Positions 1 to 10,383 of a stretch of 61,145 nt of DNA are shown here, in pieces. The notes below the pieces were generated by a model, which saw only the letters and a program-made list of their open reading frames with translations, did not search any database and had not been told where the DNA came from. Both the position numbers and the translations under genes were made by a program. Within the stretch, counting starts at the first letter, position 1, and every line of letters starts with the position of its first letter. This DNA is from an uncultured Gammaproteobacteria bacterium (GTDB taxonomy: Bacteria > Pseudomonadota > Gammaproteobacteria > SZUA-229). The DNA lies in assembly GCA_963847575.1 (NCBI GenBank), contig CAWKAL010000027.1, positions 1-61,145 on the forward strand. Reading direction: 5' to 3'.

Positions 1-215
1 CCAAGGAATTTGAAAACCACATCGGCTTGTCGTGGTAACCGGGGTTTATATATCCGGGTTCCAGCGTTTTAGGCGGTGCTTCGGCCGGTGTCTCCGCGTT
101 GCATGCAACAAGCCCGAGGATCAGCAGCAGGCTAATGGTACCCGCCGCCCGGCCGCGCAGGGCTGTGCAAGAAATGAAAGACAGCGGGAATGATCGTGGA
201 TTCATGAACGCACTC
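1..215 (-). CDS. lipoprotein, N-terminal part (gene runs off the left edge)
   Basis: ATG at 215 opens an uninterrupted minus-strand frame to position 1: MNPRSFPLSFISCTALRGRAAGTISLLLILGLVAC-NAETPAEAPPK... It has a hydrophobic signal plus lipobox LVAC. It is absent from the ORF track because it has no stop inside the window. Confidence 0.35.
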
Positions 216-355
216 GTCTGCATTTCTGCTCGTATTTCTTACCTTAGCACCTGCACAGCATTTCGCCACAGGGCAGGAAACCTTAATCACGGTGTGGATG
301 ACCCGGCCGGCACCCATTTTCCAACAGTCCGGCCCTGTTTATTTGACTGAATCCG

Positions 356-1012
356 TTATGCTGCGCCAGGACAACGGCGGCGCAACACGCATACCTCACA
401 GCGCGGGCGCGTTCGACAGACCTCCTTGGCATGGCGAACGATCAGGGCATGGTATTCGTTATACAGTTCGCTGTCCGGCCCGAGCGCTGCCTCGATGCCA
501 TGTCGCAGGACATCATAGCTTTCATCGCCTTCACAAAGTTCCAGCCGTGAAAACAGCCGCCGGGTATAGGCGTCGATGACAAAGACCGGCCGGTCAAAGG
601 CATACAGCAGGATATCGTCGGCGGTTTCATGGCCGATGCCGTTCACCTCGAGCAGCGCTGCGCGAAGTGCGCCGGTATCGTTTTCTCAAGCCCTGGTACC
701 CGCCCTGCTGCAGATACCAGCGGCAGAAATTCTTCAGCCGCCGGGCCTTGATGTTGAAATAACCCGAGGGCCTCAGCCAGCCCGCCAGCTGCTCGCTGCG
801 CGCAGAGCAATCTCGTCGGGGTCGAGCTTGCCCCGCGCCACCAGGTTGGCAATGGCGCTCTCGACATTCGTCCAGGCCGTATTCTGGGTGAGGACCGCAC
901 CGACCATGATCTCGAACGGGGTGTCGCCCGGCCACCAGTGCTGGGGCCCGTATTGTTCGAACAGGGTGTCGAAGAGTGATTGCAGTTTCCGGCTCGGGAG
1001 CCGCGCGCTCAT
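356..1012 (-). pseudogene. endonuclease III-related HhH-GPD protein, split over three frames
   Basis: N-terminal piece 773-1012 (WWPGDTPFEIMVGAVLTQNTAWTNVE). Middle piece in the 627-1115 frame (RPSGYFNIKARRLKNFCRWYL). C-terminal piece 356-646 (NGIGHETADDILLYAFDRPVFVIDAYTRR ... four-Cys end RPRCEVCVLRRRC). Together they are colinear with one endo-III-like protein, so there are two frameshifts. Confidence 0.75.
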
Positions 1013-1630
1013 GAGCGATGCCGGGCCGGCCTCCCTGACGACTGTGGTTTTTTTCCGGTGTCACGTCGTCTTGCAGGCGGGGGCGCCTCGAGACCAACCG
1101 CACGGTGCAGTGCAACGCTTTCCTGGCGGGTCAATGCCCGGAAATGGCCCGGGGGCAACGGGCGCGGCAAGACAAGCGGGCCGAAGCGGACACGGATCAG
1201 ACGGCTGACCTTCAGCCCCTGTGATTCCCACAGGCGGCGCACTTCACGGTTGCGCCCTTCCCTGAGCGTGACGTGATACCAGTGATTCACGCCGCTGCCC
1301 CCTGCATCCCGGATAGTAGTGAACGCGGCCGGGCCGTCCTCGAGCACGACGCCTCGCTGCAGGCGATCGAGGATCCCCGGTTGCACCCGGCCCGAGTATG
1401 CGCACGGCATATTCCCTTTCGATCTCTGAGGAGGGATGCATGAGACGATTGGCCAGTTCGCCATCGGTGGTGAGAATCAGCACACCCGCGGTGTTCATGT
1501 CGAGACGGCCCACCGCAACCCAGCGACCGGTCTTCATGCGCGGCAGCTTGTCGAAGACGGTCGGACGGCCGTCCGGATCCGAACGGGTGGTCAGTTCACC
1601 TACAGGTTTATGCGCTGCGTAACGTGGATG
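1009..1630 (-). pseudogene. rluB: RluB-type 23S rRNA pseudouridine synthase, 5'-truncated and frameshifted
   Basis: The 1244-1726 frame gives [66 protein letters not shown]. The 1009-1464 frame gives [58 protein letters not shown]. The frameshift lies near 1385-1400. The S4 domain is missing, and homology stops at about 1625. Confidence 0.8.
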
Positions 1631-2253
1631 CAAAACTTCGATTCGAGATGCGGCTGGAATTACCCAGGTTGTTGAAGGACCAGAATGCAACCGTGGTGTA
1701 CGTAACACAAGACTACAAGGAAGCAATGGCCCTGGGAGATAACATTGCGGTTATGAACCACCAGGGTATTCAACAGTTGGGGACACCAGAAGATATTTAT
1801 TTGACGCCTGTTCATATTGAGATTGCACGCCTGTTCGGTGATCCGGTAATCAACCTGCTGGATGTGCGTCCCGAGCAGGGTGAACATGGGGTTCAGGTTC
1901 GCTTATCGGACCAAATCCTGTCTATCGATCAACGGTTTGCATCCGTCGTAGGCAAGGAATGTGTGCTGGGTATTCGGCCGGAGTCAATTCAGTTTGTGGA
2001 TGCAGGAACACCCGGATCCTTTCCCGTGATGGTTGAGGCAGAAACCCCGCTGAATGAAAAGACAGTCACGCTAGCGCTAACCGCAAAAGGACGAGAGATC
2101 ATGGTTTCCCGCCCGGCTGGCAGCCCCGGACCCGCCAGTGGGTCCGCTCATGTAGCAGTGGATTTAAGCAACGTGCTGCTATTTGACAGAAAAAGTGGCG
2201 TACGAATAGACGCGCAAACACATTTCCAGGCGCAAGCGGGGCAAGTAGCATGA
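1612..2253 (+). pseudogene. ABC transporter ATP-binding protein, C-terminal fragment only (MalK/UgpC type)
   Basis: Starts inside the signature/Walker B region (..[45 protein letters not shown]) and is followed by a TOBE-like regulatory domain. Walker A and the Q-loop are absent. Confidence 0.8.
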
Positions 2254-3373
2254 GCGAGATCATGCTGAGACTTGAGAATGTGGACAAATTCTACGGGCCT
2301 ATTGATAAGGGTGTCCATGCGGTCAAGGATGTGAGTATTGAGGTCACCGAAGGGGACATCATTGCATTACTGGGTTCCTCCGGCTGTGGAAAAACCTCCA
2401 TCCTCCGGATGATCGCAGGCTTTGAAAGTACCAGTCGCGGTAAAATTCACCTGGCTGGCCGGAAGTACAAACACTCGCGCCGGTCAAACGTAACGTAGCC
2501 ATGGCTTTTGAAGGTTACTCTCTTTATCCCACCGTTTCGGTACAGGACAATATCGCATTTGCCTTGAAGGCATCCAGCCTGAACACCGGAGAGGTCTCCC
2601 GAAAAGTGAAGGAAATTGCCGAGATGCTGGAAATCACGGATATTCTCGATCGATTCCCTACGTCGATTTCCGGTGGTGAACAGCAGCGCGTCTCACTTGC
2701 CAGGGCGTTGATTCGTGAAGCAGATCTACATCTTCTAGACGAACCCATGGGCCAGTTGGAGCCGCAGCTTCGAACGCTGTTGCGAAGCCGCGTGAAGTAT
2801 TACATCAAAGAGCGCGGCCTTACCGCAATCCTGGTAACACACGACCAGACAGAGGCAAACGCCCTGGCCGACTGGATTGCCGTAATGGAAGACGGGGAAC
2901 TGCAACAGTATGCAAGCCCAGGGGAAATCAAGGACAAACCGGCCAACCTGTTTACCGGTACGTTTGTGGGAGAGCCGCCAATGAACGTGTTTCCTGCCAA
3001 GGTGTCGAGTAACGCCGGGCAGCTACACTTCGACCTTGACGGTGATCTTGCACTGGACTATGCGGAAGCCGCGTTTGCACCACAGGTCAGGGATCAGATA
3101 CTTGCGTTGCAAAATGTCGTGCTGGGTATCAGGCCCTATGCAGTTAAACGCCGCGGTGAAGGAGCCTCTGCGAAAGTCATAGCCAACCAGTGGTTGGGCG
3201 ATCAGACGCATATCGCTGCCGCGTTTGCCAATGGAACGATTGTATTGGTGGAGCATGACAGGGTGCAATTGGCTGATGGTGAATCGATTACCCTGCACTT
3301 TGAACCAGACGACCTGCACGTGTTTAATCCGGCCAACGGCAAAGCGGTTAGCCATGGGACGAGCTTGGCCTGA
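2250..3373 (+). pseudogene. ABC transporter ATP-binding protein (MalK/UgpC type), one frameshift near 2458
   Basis: Walker A GSSGCGKTS lies in ORF 2250-2498. After a 1-nt slip the alternative frame reads EVQTLAPVKRNVAMAFEGYSLYP and continues through ISGGEQQRVSLARAL and LHLLDEP in ORF 2501-3373. Confidence 0.85.
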
Positions 3374-4932
3374 TGCGAAAGGATATTCTCATCGGTGTGG
3401 ATTCAGGGACGTCGGTTGTTAAATCGGTCGCATTTGATCTCACAGGTCAGCAGCTGGCTTCTGCATCTGTTCCAAATCGCTACTTGCAGTTACCCGACGG
3501 CACTGCCAGTCAACCGCTGGCTCAAACCTGGGATGACTGCGTTACAACTCTTCGTGAGCTGGGTGAAAAGATCCAGGATCTCGCCCAGCGAACGGCCGCT
3601 ATGGCTGTCACAGGACAAGGTGACGGCACATGGCTGGTAGGCAAGAATGATGTACCTGTTGGTGACGCGTGGTTATGGCTTGATTCACGCTCAGCGCCCA
3701 CCGTTCAGCAGATGCGAGGCACGGCCGATGATTTACTTCGTTTTGAGAAGACCGGCTCCGGACTGAATTCATGTCAGCAAGGCACTCAACTTGCACACAT
3801 GCAATCTGCGATACCAGAGTTTCTGCAAGGAGTGGAAACGGCGTTTCACTGCAAAGACTGGTTGTACCTGAAGCTGACGGGCGAACGCGTTACGGATCCA
3901 TCGGAAGCGACCTTCACGTTCGGCAACTTTCGTACCCGACAGTACGATGATGATGTCATTGCTCTGCTGGGCTTAGCCGGCAAACGCAGTCTGTTACCGC
4001 CGATTATTGACGGCAGTAAGGACACGCACTCGCTGAGCGCAGACGCGTCGCGGCAAACGGGTTTGCTACAGGGAACTCCGGTGTCGTTGGGCTTTGTCGA
4101 TGTAGTGTGTACCGCAATGGGAGCTGGGATCTATACCCAAGGAGTAGATGCAGGTTGTTCCATCATTGGCAGTACCGGAATGCATATGCGAGTGGTAGCT
4201 GATCGGGATGTCACACTGAACCCGAATAGAACAGGTTATGTGATGGTCTTGCCCGTTCCCGGTATCGTCAGCCAGGCGCAGTCAAACATGGCTGCTACCC
4301 TGAACATTGACTGGATATTGGGGATGGTCTCAGAGCTGCTGACAGACCTGGGCAGCGAGCTGAGCAAATCCCAATTGCTTGACAAGGTTGCTCACTGGGC
4401 GTCATTGAGCAAACCAGGCTCCCTGTTGTATCACCCGTATATATCCGAGGCGGGTGAGCGCGGGCCCTTTGTCAACAACACAGCACGCGCGGGATTTACG
4501 GGCCTGAATACATCACATCGATTCCCGGATATGTTGCGCGCGGTTCTGGAAGGACTCGGTATGGCTGCCAATGATTGCTATTGCGCCATGGGTGACAAGC
4601 CAGCAGAGATTCGACTCACAGGCGGTGCGGCCAGGTCCGATGTTATGCGAGAGATTCTGTCAGCATCAATAGATACCCCGGTGCGCTACTCTTCGAGAGG
4701 CGAGGCAGGAGCCGCAGGCGCTGCCATGATGGCTGCCGTGGCCCTCGGTGCGTTCGACTCCATGGATGCGTGTGTCGATACCTGGGTTACACCCTTGTTG
4801 AGCGAACTGGAGCTACCTGATCCAGGTCTTGCGCAAACCTACAGGAATCTGTTTCCGGAATATCTCGCCATACGAGAAGCCCTGGAACCCGTCTGGAATT
4901 CTATGGCCAGGCTTCAGGAGAGACAATCGTGA
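3373..4932 (+). CDS. FGGY-family carbohydrate kinase
   Basis: 519 aa. N-terminus ILIGVDSGTSVVKSVAFD, later GGAARSDVMREILSA, which are typical FGGY N- and C-domains. Start overlaps the upstream stop (ATGA-type coupling). Confidence 0.8.
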   Translation: MRKDILIGVDSGTSVVKSVAFDLTGQQLASASVPNRYLQLPDGTASQPLAQTWDDCVTTLRELGEKIQDLAQRTAAMAVTGQGDGTWLVGKNDVPVGDAWLWLDSRSAPTVQQMRGTADDLLRFEKTGSGLNSCQQGTQLAHMQSAIPEFLQGVETAFHCKDWLYLKLTGERVTDPSEATFTFGNFRTRQYDDDVIALLGLAGKRSLLPPIIDGSKDTHSLSADASRQTGLLQGTPVSLGFVDVVCTAMGAGIYTQGVDAGCSIIGSTGMHMRVVADRDVTLNPNRTGYVMVLPVPGIVSQAQSNMAATLNIDWILGMVSELLTDLGSELSKSQLLDKVAHWASLSKPGSLLYHPYISEAGERGPFVNNTARAGFTGLNTSHRFPDMLRAVLEGLGMAANDCYCAMGDKPAEIRLTGGAARSDVMREILSASIDTPVRYSSRGEAGAAGAAMMAAVALGAFDSMDACVDTWVTPLLSELELPDPGLAQTYRNLFPEYLAIREALEPVWNSMARLQERQS

Positions 4933-5969
4933 AGCGGCAGGTGACGATCATTGGCGATCACTTCATGTTGCCCGAGGTATTCGAGGAAAAATTAATTGAA
5001 GCCTGCGGCGCCCAGCTTGATGTAAAGACTCGCAAGGACAACTGGCCTGACGAACCGATGGAGCATGGATACCATAACGGGCAGATGGACGGACTAAAGG
5101 AATATTTCGGCACGCCGGATGACGTTGTCGACTTCATCGGCGATGCACAGATCCTGATTACCCACCTGGCACCGATGTCACGCGAAATGTTTACCAGGCT
5201 ACCGGCCCTCGAGTTGATCGCGGTATCCAGAGGCGGGCCGGTCAATATCAACATGCAGGCTGCCCGCGATCACGGCGTTATTGTTGTTAACACTCCCGGT
5301 CGAAACGCCAGCGCAGTGGCGGAATTCACCATCGGCGCGATCCTGGCAGAGACCCGGAAAATCCGTGCAGGTCATGAAGCACTGCGTGCTGGTGTCTGGC
5401 GAGGTGATCTTTATCGGGCTGATATTACCGGCCGAGAACTCAATGAGATGACTGTCGGAGTGATCGGCTATGGCAACATCGGTAAACTTGTTGTGCAGTT
5501 ACTGATCGCCTTTGGGTGCAAGGTACTGGTCAACGACCCGTATGTGCAACTACCACCTGGTGTTGCTGCGCAGGGTGTCGAGTTGGTCAGTCTCGAAACA
5601 GTGCTGGCAGAATCGGATGTATTGTCGCTACACCCCAGGGTGACGGATGAAACTCGTCGCATGATCAATGCCGATACGTTGGCGAAAATGAAACCGGGAG
5701 CATTACTCGTCAATACTGCCCGTGGGCCATTGTGTGACTACGACGCGCTTTATGAGGCATTGGTACAGGGACAGCTCAGCGGTGCGATGCTGGAAACGTT
5801 TGGCGTGGAGCCAGTTCCGCCTGATTGGCCATTACTACAGTTGGAAAACGTCACGCTGACACCGCATATCGCGGGTGCCTCCGTACGCACAGTGACTTTT
5901 GCTGCCGAGCAGGCAGCCGAAGAAGTGCGCAGGTTCATCGCCGGAGAACCTCCGCGTAATCCGTGCTGA
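4929..5969 (+). CDS. D-isomer-specific 2-hydroxyacid dehydrogenase family, NAD-binding
   Basis: 346 aa. GVIGYGNIGKLV Rossmann motif, VNTARGPL, and TPHIAG catalytic His region. Confidence 0.8.
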   Translation: MKRQVTIIGDHFMLPEVFEEKLIEACGAQLDVKTRKDNWPDEPMEHGYHNGQMDGLKEYFGTPDDVVDFIGDAQILITHLAPMSREMFTRLPALELIAVSRGGPVNINMQAARDHGVIVVNTPGRNASAVAEFTIGAILAETRKIRAGHEALRAGVWRGDLYRADITGRELNEMTVGVIGYGNIGKLVVQLLIAFGCKVLVNDPYVQLPPGVAAQGVELVSLETVLAESDVLSLHPRVTDETRRMINADTLAKMKPGALLVNTARGPLCDYDALYEALVQGQLSGAMLETFGVEPVPPDWPLLQLENVTLTPHIAGASVRTVTFAAEQAAEEVRRFIAGEPPRNPC

Positions 5970-5979
5970 GGACCTGATA

Positions 5980-7500
5980 ATGACCATACAACAGAGTATC
6001 GATATAACTGACGTCATCGTTATCGGCGGTGGCGTCAATGGTGCTGGCATAGCGCGTGACGCCGCGGGCAGAGGACTCTCCGTGATCCTGTGCGAGAAGG
6101 ACGACCTTGCACAGGGCACCTCTTCACGTTCAGGAAAGCTGGTGCACGGGGGGCTACGATACCTTGAATATTACGAATTCCGGCTGGTTCGTGAATCGCT
6201 GATCGAACGTGAAGTACTGTTAAACAGTGCAGCTCACATCATATGGCCAATGCGATTTGTACTTCCTCATAGCCCTGAAGATCGACCGGCCTGGCTGATT
6301 CGCCTCGGGCTGTTCCTGTATGACAACCTGGGCGGACGTAAAAAGTTACCGGGCACCCGTACTCTCGATTTGCATCGTGATCCCGAGGGCGCCGCTATCA
6401 AAGACCAGTATCACAAGGGTTTTGAGTATTCCGATTGCTGGGTCGATGATTCCCGGCTGGTGGTTCTCAATGCCATTGATGCGGCTGAAAAGGGTGCACA
6501 GATTCTGACCCGTACCGCTTGCACATCAGCCCGCCGGGAAGATGGCCTGTGGCACGTGGAATTGCTCAATAAACAGACGGGGAAAAAAAACGTCGTCAGG
6601 GCAAGAGCCATCATCAATGCCGGTGGACCCTGGGTCAATGCGATTCTAAATAACATTGCGGGAACCCATTCGAATCGCAAGGTTCGACTCGTAAAAGGTA
6701 GCCATATCATCGTGCCAAAATTCTGGGAAGGCCAGCAGGCCTACCTGGTTCAGAATAACGACAAGAGGGTAATCTTTATCAATCCCTACGAAGGGGACAA
6801 GGCACTGATCGGTACCACAGACATACCCTACGAAGGTTCACCGGAATCGGTCAGTGCCTCTGACGAGGAAATTGACTACCTGATCAGCGCCGTAAACCGA
6901 TACTTCAAGAATGCGCTGCGCAGGCAGGATGTCGTGGACACGTTTTCCGGTGTACGCCCATTGTTTGATGATGGGGCGGGAAATCCCAGCGCAGTTACTC
7001 GCGACTATGTTTTTGATGTAGACGACGAGCAAGGTGCTCCTATCCTGAATGTGTTCGGCGGGAAAATTACGACCTTCAGGAAACTCGCCGAGCACGCCAT
7101 GCAGAAGCTGGCAAGATTTTTCCCCGATATGGGCAACGATTGGACAAACACTGGTGTGTTGCCGGGCGGTGATTTTCCCGCCGCCGACTTTAACCGATTC
7201 CTCGGTGATGTGATGAACCGGTACCCGTGGTTGCCTCGAGAACTTGCATTGCACTACGCTCGGCTGTACGGAACCAGGGTTGAAAAAATAATAGCAACGG
7301 CGGAGTCAGTGGATGAACTGGGAGAATATTTCGGCGGTAATTTCTACGCCGCCGAAGTTCGCTACCTGATGCACAATGAATGGGCCTGTGAAGCCGATGA
7401 CATCCTGTTCAGGCGTACCAAGCACGGGCTTCACATGAGTGCATCAGAAATTGCACGGTTCCGTAGCTGGATGGAGAATGATCTTGCCAAATCCGCTTGA
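5980..7500 (+). CDS. glpD: FAD-dependent glycerol-3-phosphate dehydrogenase
   Basis: Start taken at MTIQQSIDITDVIVIGGGVNGAGIARDAAGRGLSV (ATG at 5980) rather than the upstream in-frame extension. The GlpD-like length and C-terminal domain are retained. Confidence 0.85.
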   Translation: MTIQQSIDITDVIVIGGGVNGAGIARDAAGRGLSVILCEKDDLAQGTSSRSGKLVHGGLRYLEYYEFRLVRESLIEREVLLNSAAHIIWPMRFVLPHSPEDRPAWLIRLGLFLYDNLGGRKKLPGTRTLDLHRDPEGAAIKDQYHKGFEYSDCWVDDSRLVVLNAIDAAEKGAQILTRTACTSARREDGLWHVELLNKQTGKKNVVRARAIINAGGPWVNAILNNIAGTHSNRKVRLVKGSHIIVPKFWEGQQAYLVQNNDKRVIFINPYEGDKALIGTTDIPYEGSPESVSASDEEIDYLISAVNRYFKNALRRQDVVDTFSGVRPLFDDGAGNPSAVTRDYVFDVDDEQGAPILNVFGGKITTFRKLAEHAMQKLARFFPDMGNDWTNTGVLPGGDFPAADFNRFLGDVMNRYPWLPRELALHYARLYGTRVEKIIATAESVDELGEYFGGNFYAAEVRYLMHNEWACEADDILFRRTKHGLHMSASEIARFRSWMENDLAKSA

Positions 7501-8551
7501 CCAAGCACCCGTAGATTTTCAAGCACTCAGGGAAGTGTCCGCTCGGCTGGGTTCTGATCCGATGCTGGTACAGTCTGCTGGTGGTAATACCTCGGTCAAG
7601 GATGGCGAACTTATGTGGATAAAGGCCTCCGGAACACTACTGGCGGACGCCATGTTAAAAGATATCTTCGTGGCAGTAGACCTACCCCGAATGCACAAGG
7701 CAATAACACAGGGAGATCCGTCAGCAGATCAACCACAGCATTTCCTCGGCCTTTCCACCAGCACCCTTCGCCCCTCGATAGAAACAAGTCTACATGCGGT
7801 ACTCCCGCAGCGAGTCGTACTGCATGTGCATTGCATCCACACACTGGCACATGCAGTTCGAAGTGATAGTGATGAATTACTCAAGGACAGACTCTCGGGC
7901 TTGAGCTGGGCGATGGTCCCTTATACAAAGCCGGGAGCTGAACTGGCAATGGCGGTGAGCGAAAGACTGACGGATGAGACGAACGTTGTCATTCTCAGAA
8001 ACCACGGATTGATCGTATCCGGGGACAGCGTTAAGCAAGCGCAGCAGCTGGTCTACGAAGTACACGACAGGCTTGCCATCACCCCCGCCCCGGAATCGAG
8101 GCCTGATACTGATCGCTTGTTAGACTTGACCAGTAACAGTAGCTACCAGTTACCCGATCATAAACCGGTTCATCAACTGGCACTGGACCCAGCGCGTGTT
8201 GAGCAGGCGACAAAAGGAAGCCTGTATCCCGACCACGTCATATTCTGCGGCATTGCGGCCAGTACACTGCCAGGATCCGAATCTCTCAATGAGTATGAAC
8301 ATCGCCTGGCCCAGGACCAGCAAAAGCCACCCGTATTTCTGATTATTCCAGGCGCCGGCGTTGTGATACGCAAGGATGCGAGCAGCGGCGCACTGGCCTT
8401 GATACGCTGTCTTTCGGACGTGCTGGCACGAGTCCCCGGAGACGCAAAACTGTCTTATCTCAGCCATGAACAAAATAGCGAACTGCTTGACTGGGATGCG
8501 GAAAAGTACCGGCAGTCACTAAATTTGGCACAGAGCAAGATAGAGTATTAA
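7478..8551 (+). CDS. class II aldolase/adducin-domain protein
   Basis: SAGGNTSVKDG..WIKASG, LHVHCIHTLA and ILRNHGLIVSG motifs. Start chosen at MILPNPLD (7478), overlapping the glpD stop. Confidence 0.6.
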   Translation: MILPNPLDQAPVDFQALREVSARLGSDPMLVQSAGGNTSVKDGELMWIKASGTLLADAMLKDIFVAVDLPRMHKAITQGDPSADQPQHFLGLSTSTLRPSIETSLHAVLPQRVVLHVHCIHTLAHAVRSDSDELLKDRLSGLSWAMVPYTKPGAELAMAVSERLTDETNVVILRNHGLIVSGDSVKQAQQLVYEVHDRLAITPAPESRPDTDRLLDLTSNSSYQLPDHKPVHQLALDPARVEQATKGSLYPDHVIFCGIAASTLPGSESLNEYEHRLAQDQQKPPVFLIIPGAGVVIRKDASSGALALIRCLSDVLARVPGDAKLSYLSHEQNSELLDWDAEKYRQSLNLAQSKIEY

Positions 8552-9517
8552 AGGGTAAATATTGCATCCCACGTGGTCTGGATGGGGGCTCTCAAATGTG
8601 CCATCACCATCCTCGTCGACTTCCAATTGCACATTGACTGAATCCAGCACGGTGATTTTTTCCTTCGAGCTGTCAGCGCCTGTGACTTCCATTACGCCGA
8701 CTGTAGCGTTGTTGGTATCTGTGCCTGCAAGGAAACCAGAAAACCGTCATTGTGGACATGAAATCGACTGAACCACCGATTTCCTGGCTTGAAATCGTAC
8801 CACTGGAATCCTGCGAATATGCTGGCATAGCGGGATTTGTAAAATCAAAGTTTGTGATTGCATCAAAACTGGATAATGTGCCAAAGTCGCCGGAAACCAG
8901 TTCCGAATAATCGAGAGTTGCTATTTCTACCTGGTTGGTAACATTGACACCATTATCGGTGCTGATAGTAAAAGTTGCACTGCCATTGATCGTCGTGGTT
9001 TCACCTGGCTGGGCAGTAGACAGATCGGTTGAAACAACCTCCAGGGTCAGTGAATAAGGTGGCTGCAGACTGCCAGTCAATTCCTGAACCGTCAGATTCA
9101 AGGTACCTCCCAAGGTAATCCCGTCAAGCTCCGCACAACTTTCATAATCGACCAAAATTGTTCCCCGACCGCCAAACTGCTGAGCGTTGGATCGGCGACA
9201 TCACCGGACAATGTCTGAGTGCCACTGACTCCACAACCAGTTGCCGGAAGCGTGATAACCGCGCGCGCTTGTAGAAATGAAGCGCTATTAACCTGCGGGC
9301 TCAGCAACTCTACTATCGAGCCCAGTCTCTGGGAGAACTCCCCAACGAGCCTGACGGTGGTCATTACCGCACTGGCGACGTCTACGGCGTTATCTTGCGT
9401 AATCTTAACTGTGGTGTCTGCGCCACCATCGTCATCACTACTACTGCTGCACCCACTGAACCCGATACTCATTGTAATCAATCCCACAGAGAGAATGATT
9501 TTTCTAGATGGCTTCAT
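8548..9517 (-). pseudogene. secreted lipoprotein of unknown function, split over three frames (3' end uncertain)
   Basis: MKPSRKIILSVGLITMSIGFSGC lipobox at the 5' end (ORF 9098-9529). It continues in ORF 8673-9155 and then in a third frame (GFLAGTDTNNATVGVMEVTGADSSKEKITVLDSVNVQLEVDEDGDGTFESP). The second slip lies at the A4 run 8740-8743. Confidence 0.5.
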
Positions 9518-10383
9518 GATAACCCTCACCCCAAATTGCCTAAATTAAACTGTTTATTCTTATTTGAATATACGCTTATGAGAGTGTTCTTCGTGTTGAC
9601 CTGAGTCAATTGGAAATTCACTTACTAATACAAGCCTGGTAGTCTTAAACCAGGCGTCAGATATCAGTGGCCGTTCTCCGTAGCCGAGGATGTGCTTGAG
9701 GTTACCGCGCGCAGCAGTGCTGGCAAAGAGACACGGACGGCTACACCATCCAGATGATCAAACCAATGGCTAACCAGAGCAGGAGGCTCAAACACAAGCT
9801 AACGAAAACACCCCTTGCCGCGCGCAGATCGTCTTGGAGTTCGATGTTCTCACCGACCTCGTCGCTATCGGCTTGCGCGTTCTTCGCCATCAGAATCGGC
9901 TCTAACACAATCATCAATTCCCTTTAGCAATAAACGGGAGGTGCGTACCCACTTGAGTGAGATTAATTTTCATACGCTACTACTTAGTAGTTTTGCATTG
10001 ACTGAAATCCTCTTCAACTGCACACCAGGATAGTCGCTGCCCTAAGTGGACCGGAAACTCTCACAGTCACGTCCATAAGATTGTGTTACCGGAACCCAAA
10101 GATTACCAGCTTGGTTCCCATGTTCAATCATAACCAACTCTTCAGCGAGATCGATAGTTACAATCGATAGTTCAACATTACTTGTCGACATCTCAACTGA
10201 CGATCACTGTTAATACCACTATTCCAGCATCATTAGCAAACATGAGCCATATGGCGCCATGGCAGTCAAATTGCCATCACGCTTCATGACATAACAATGA
10301 CACTCATGTGCAAGGATACTACCCGCGCGAATAACCCATCTTATGGCACACTTTTATGACGCACATGTTACTGAAATTGATGA

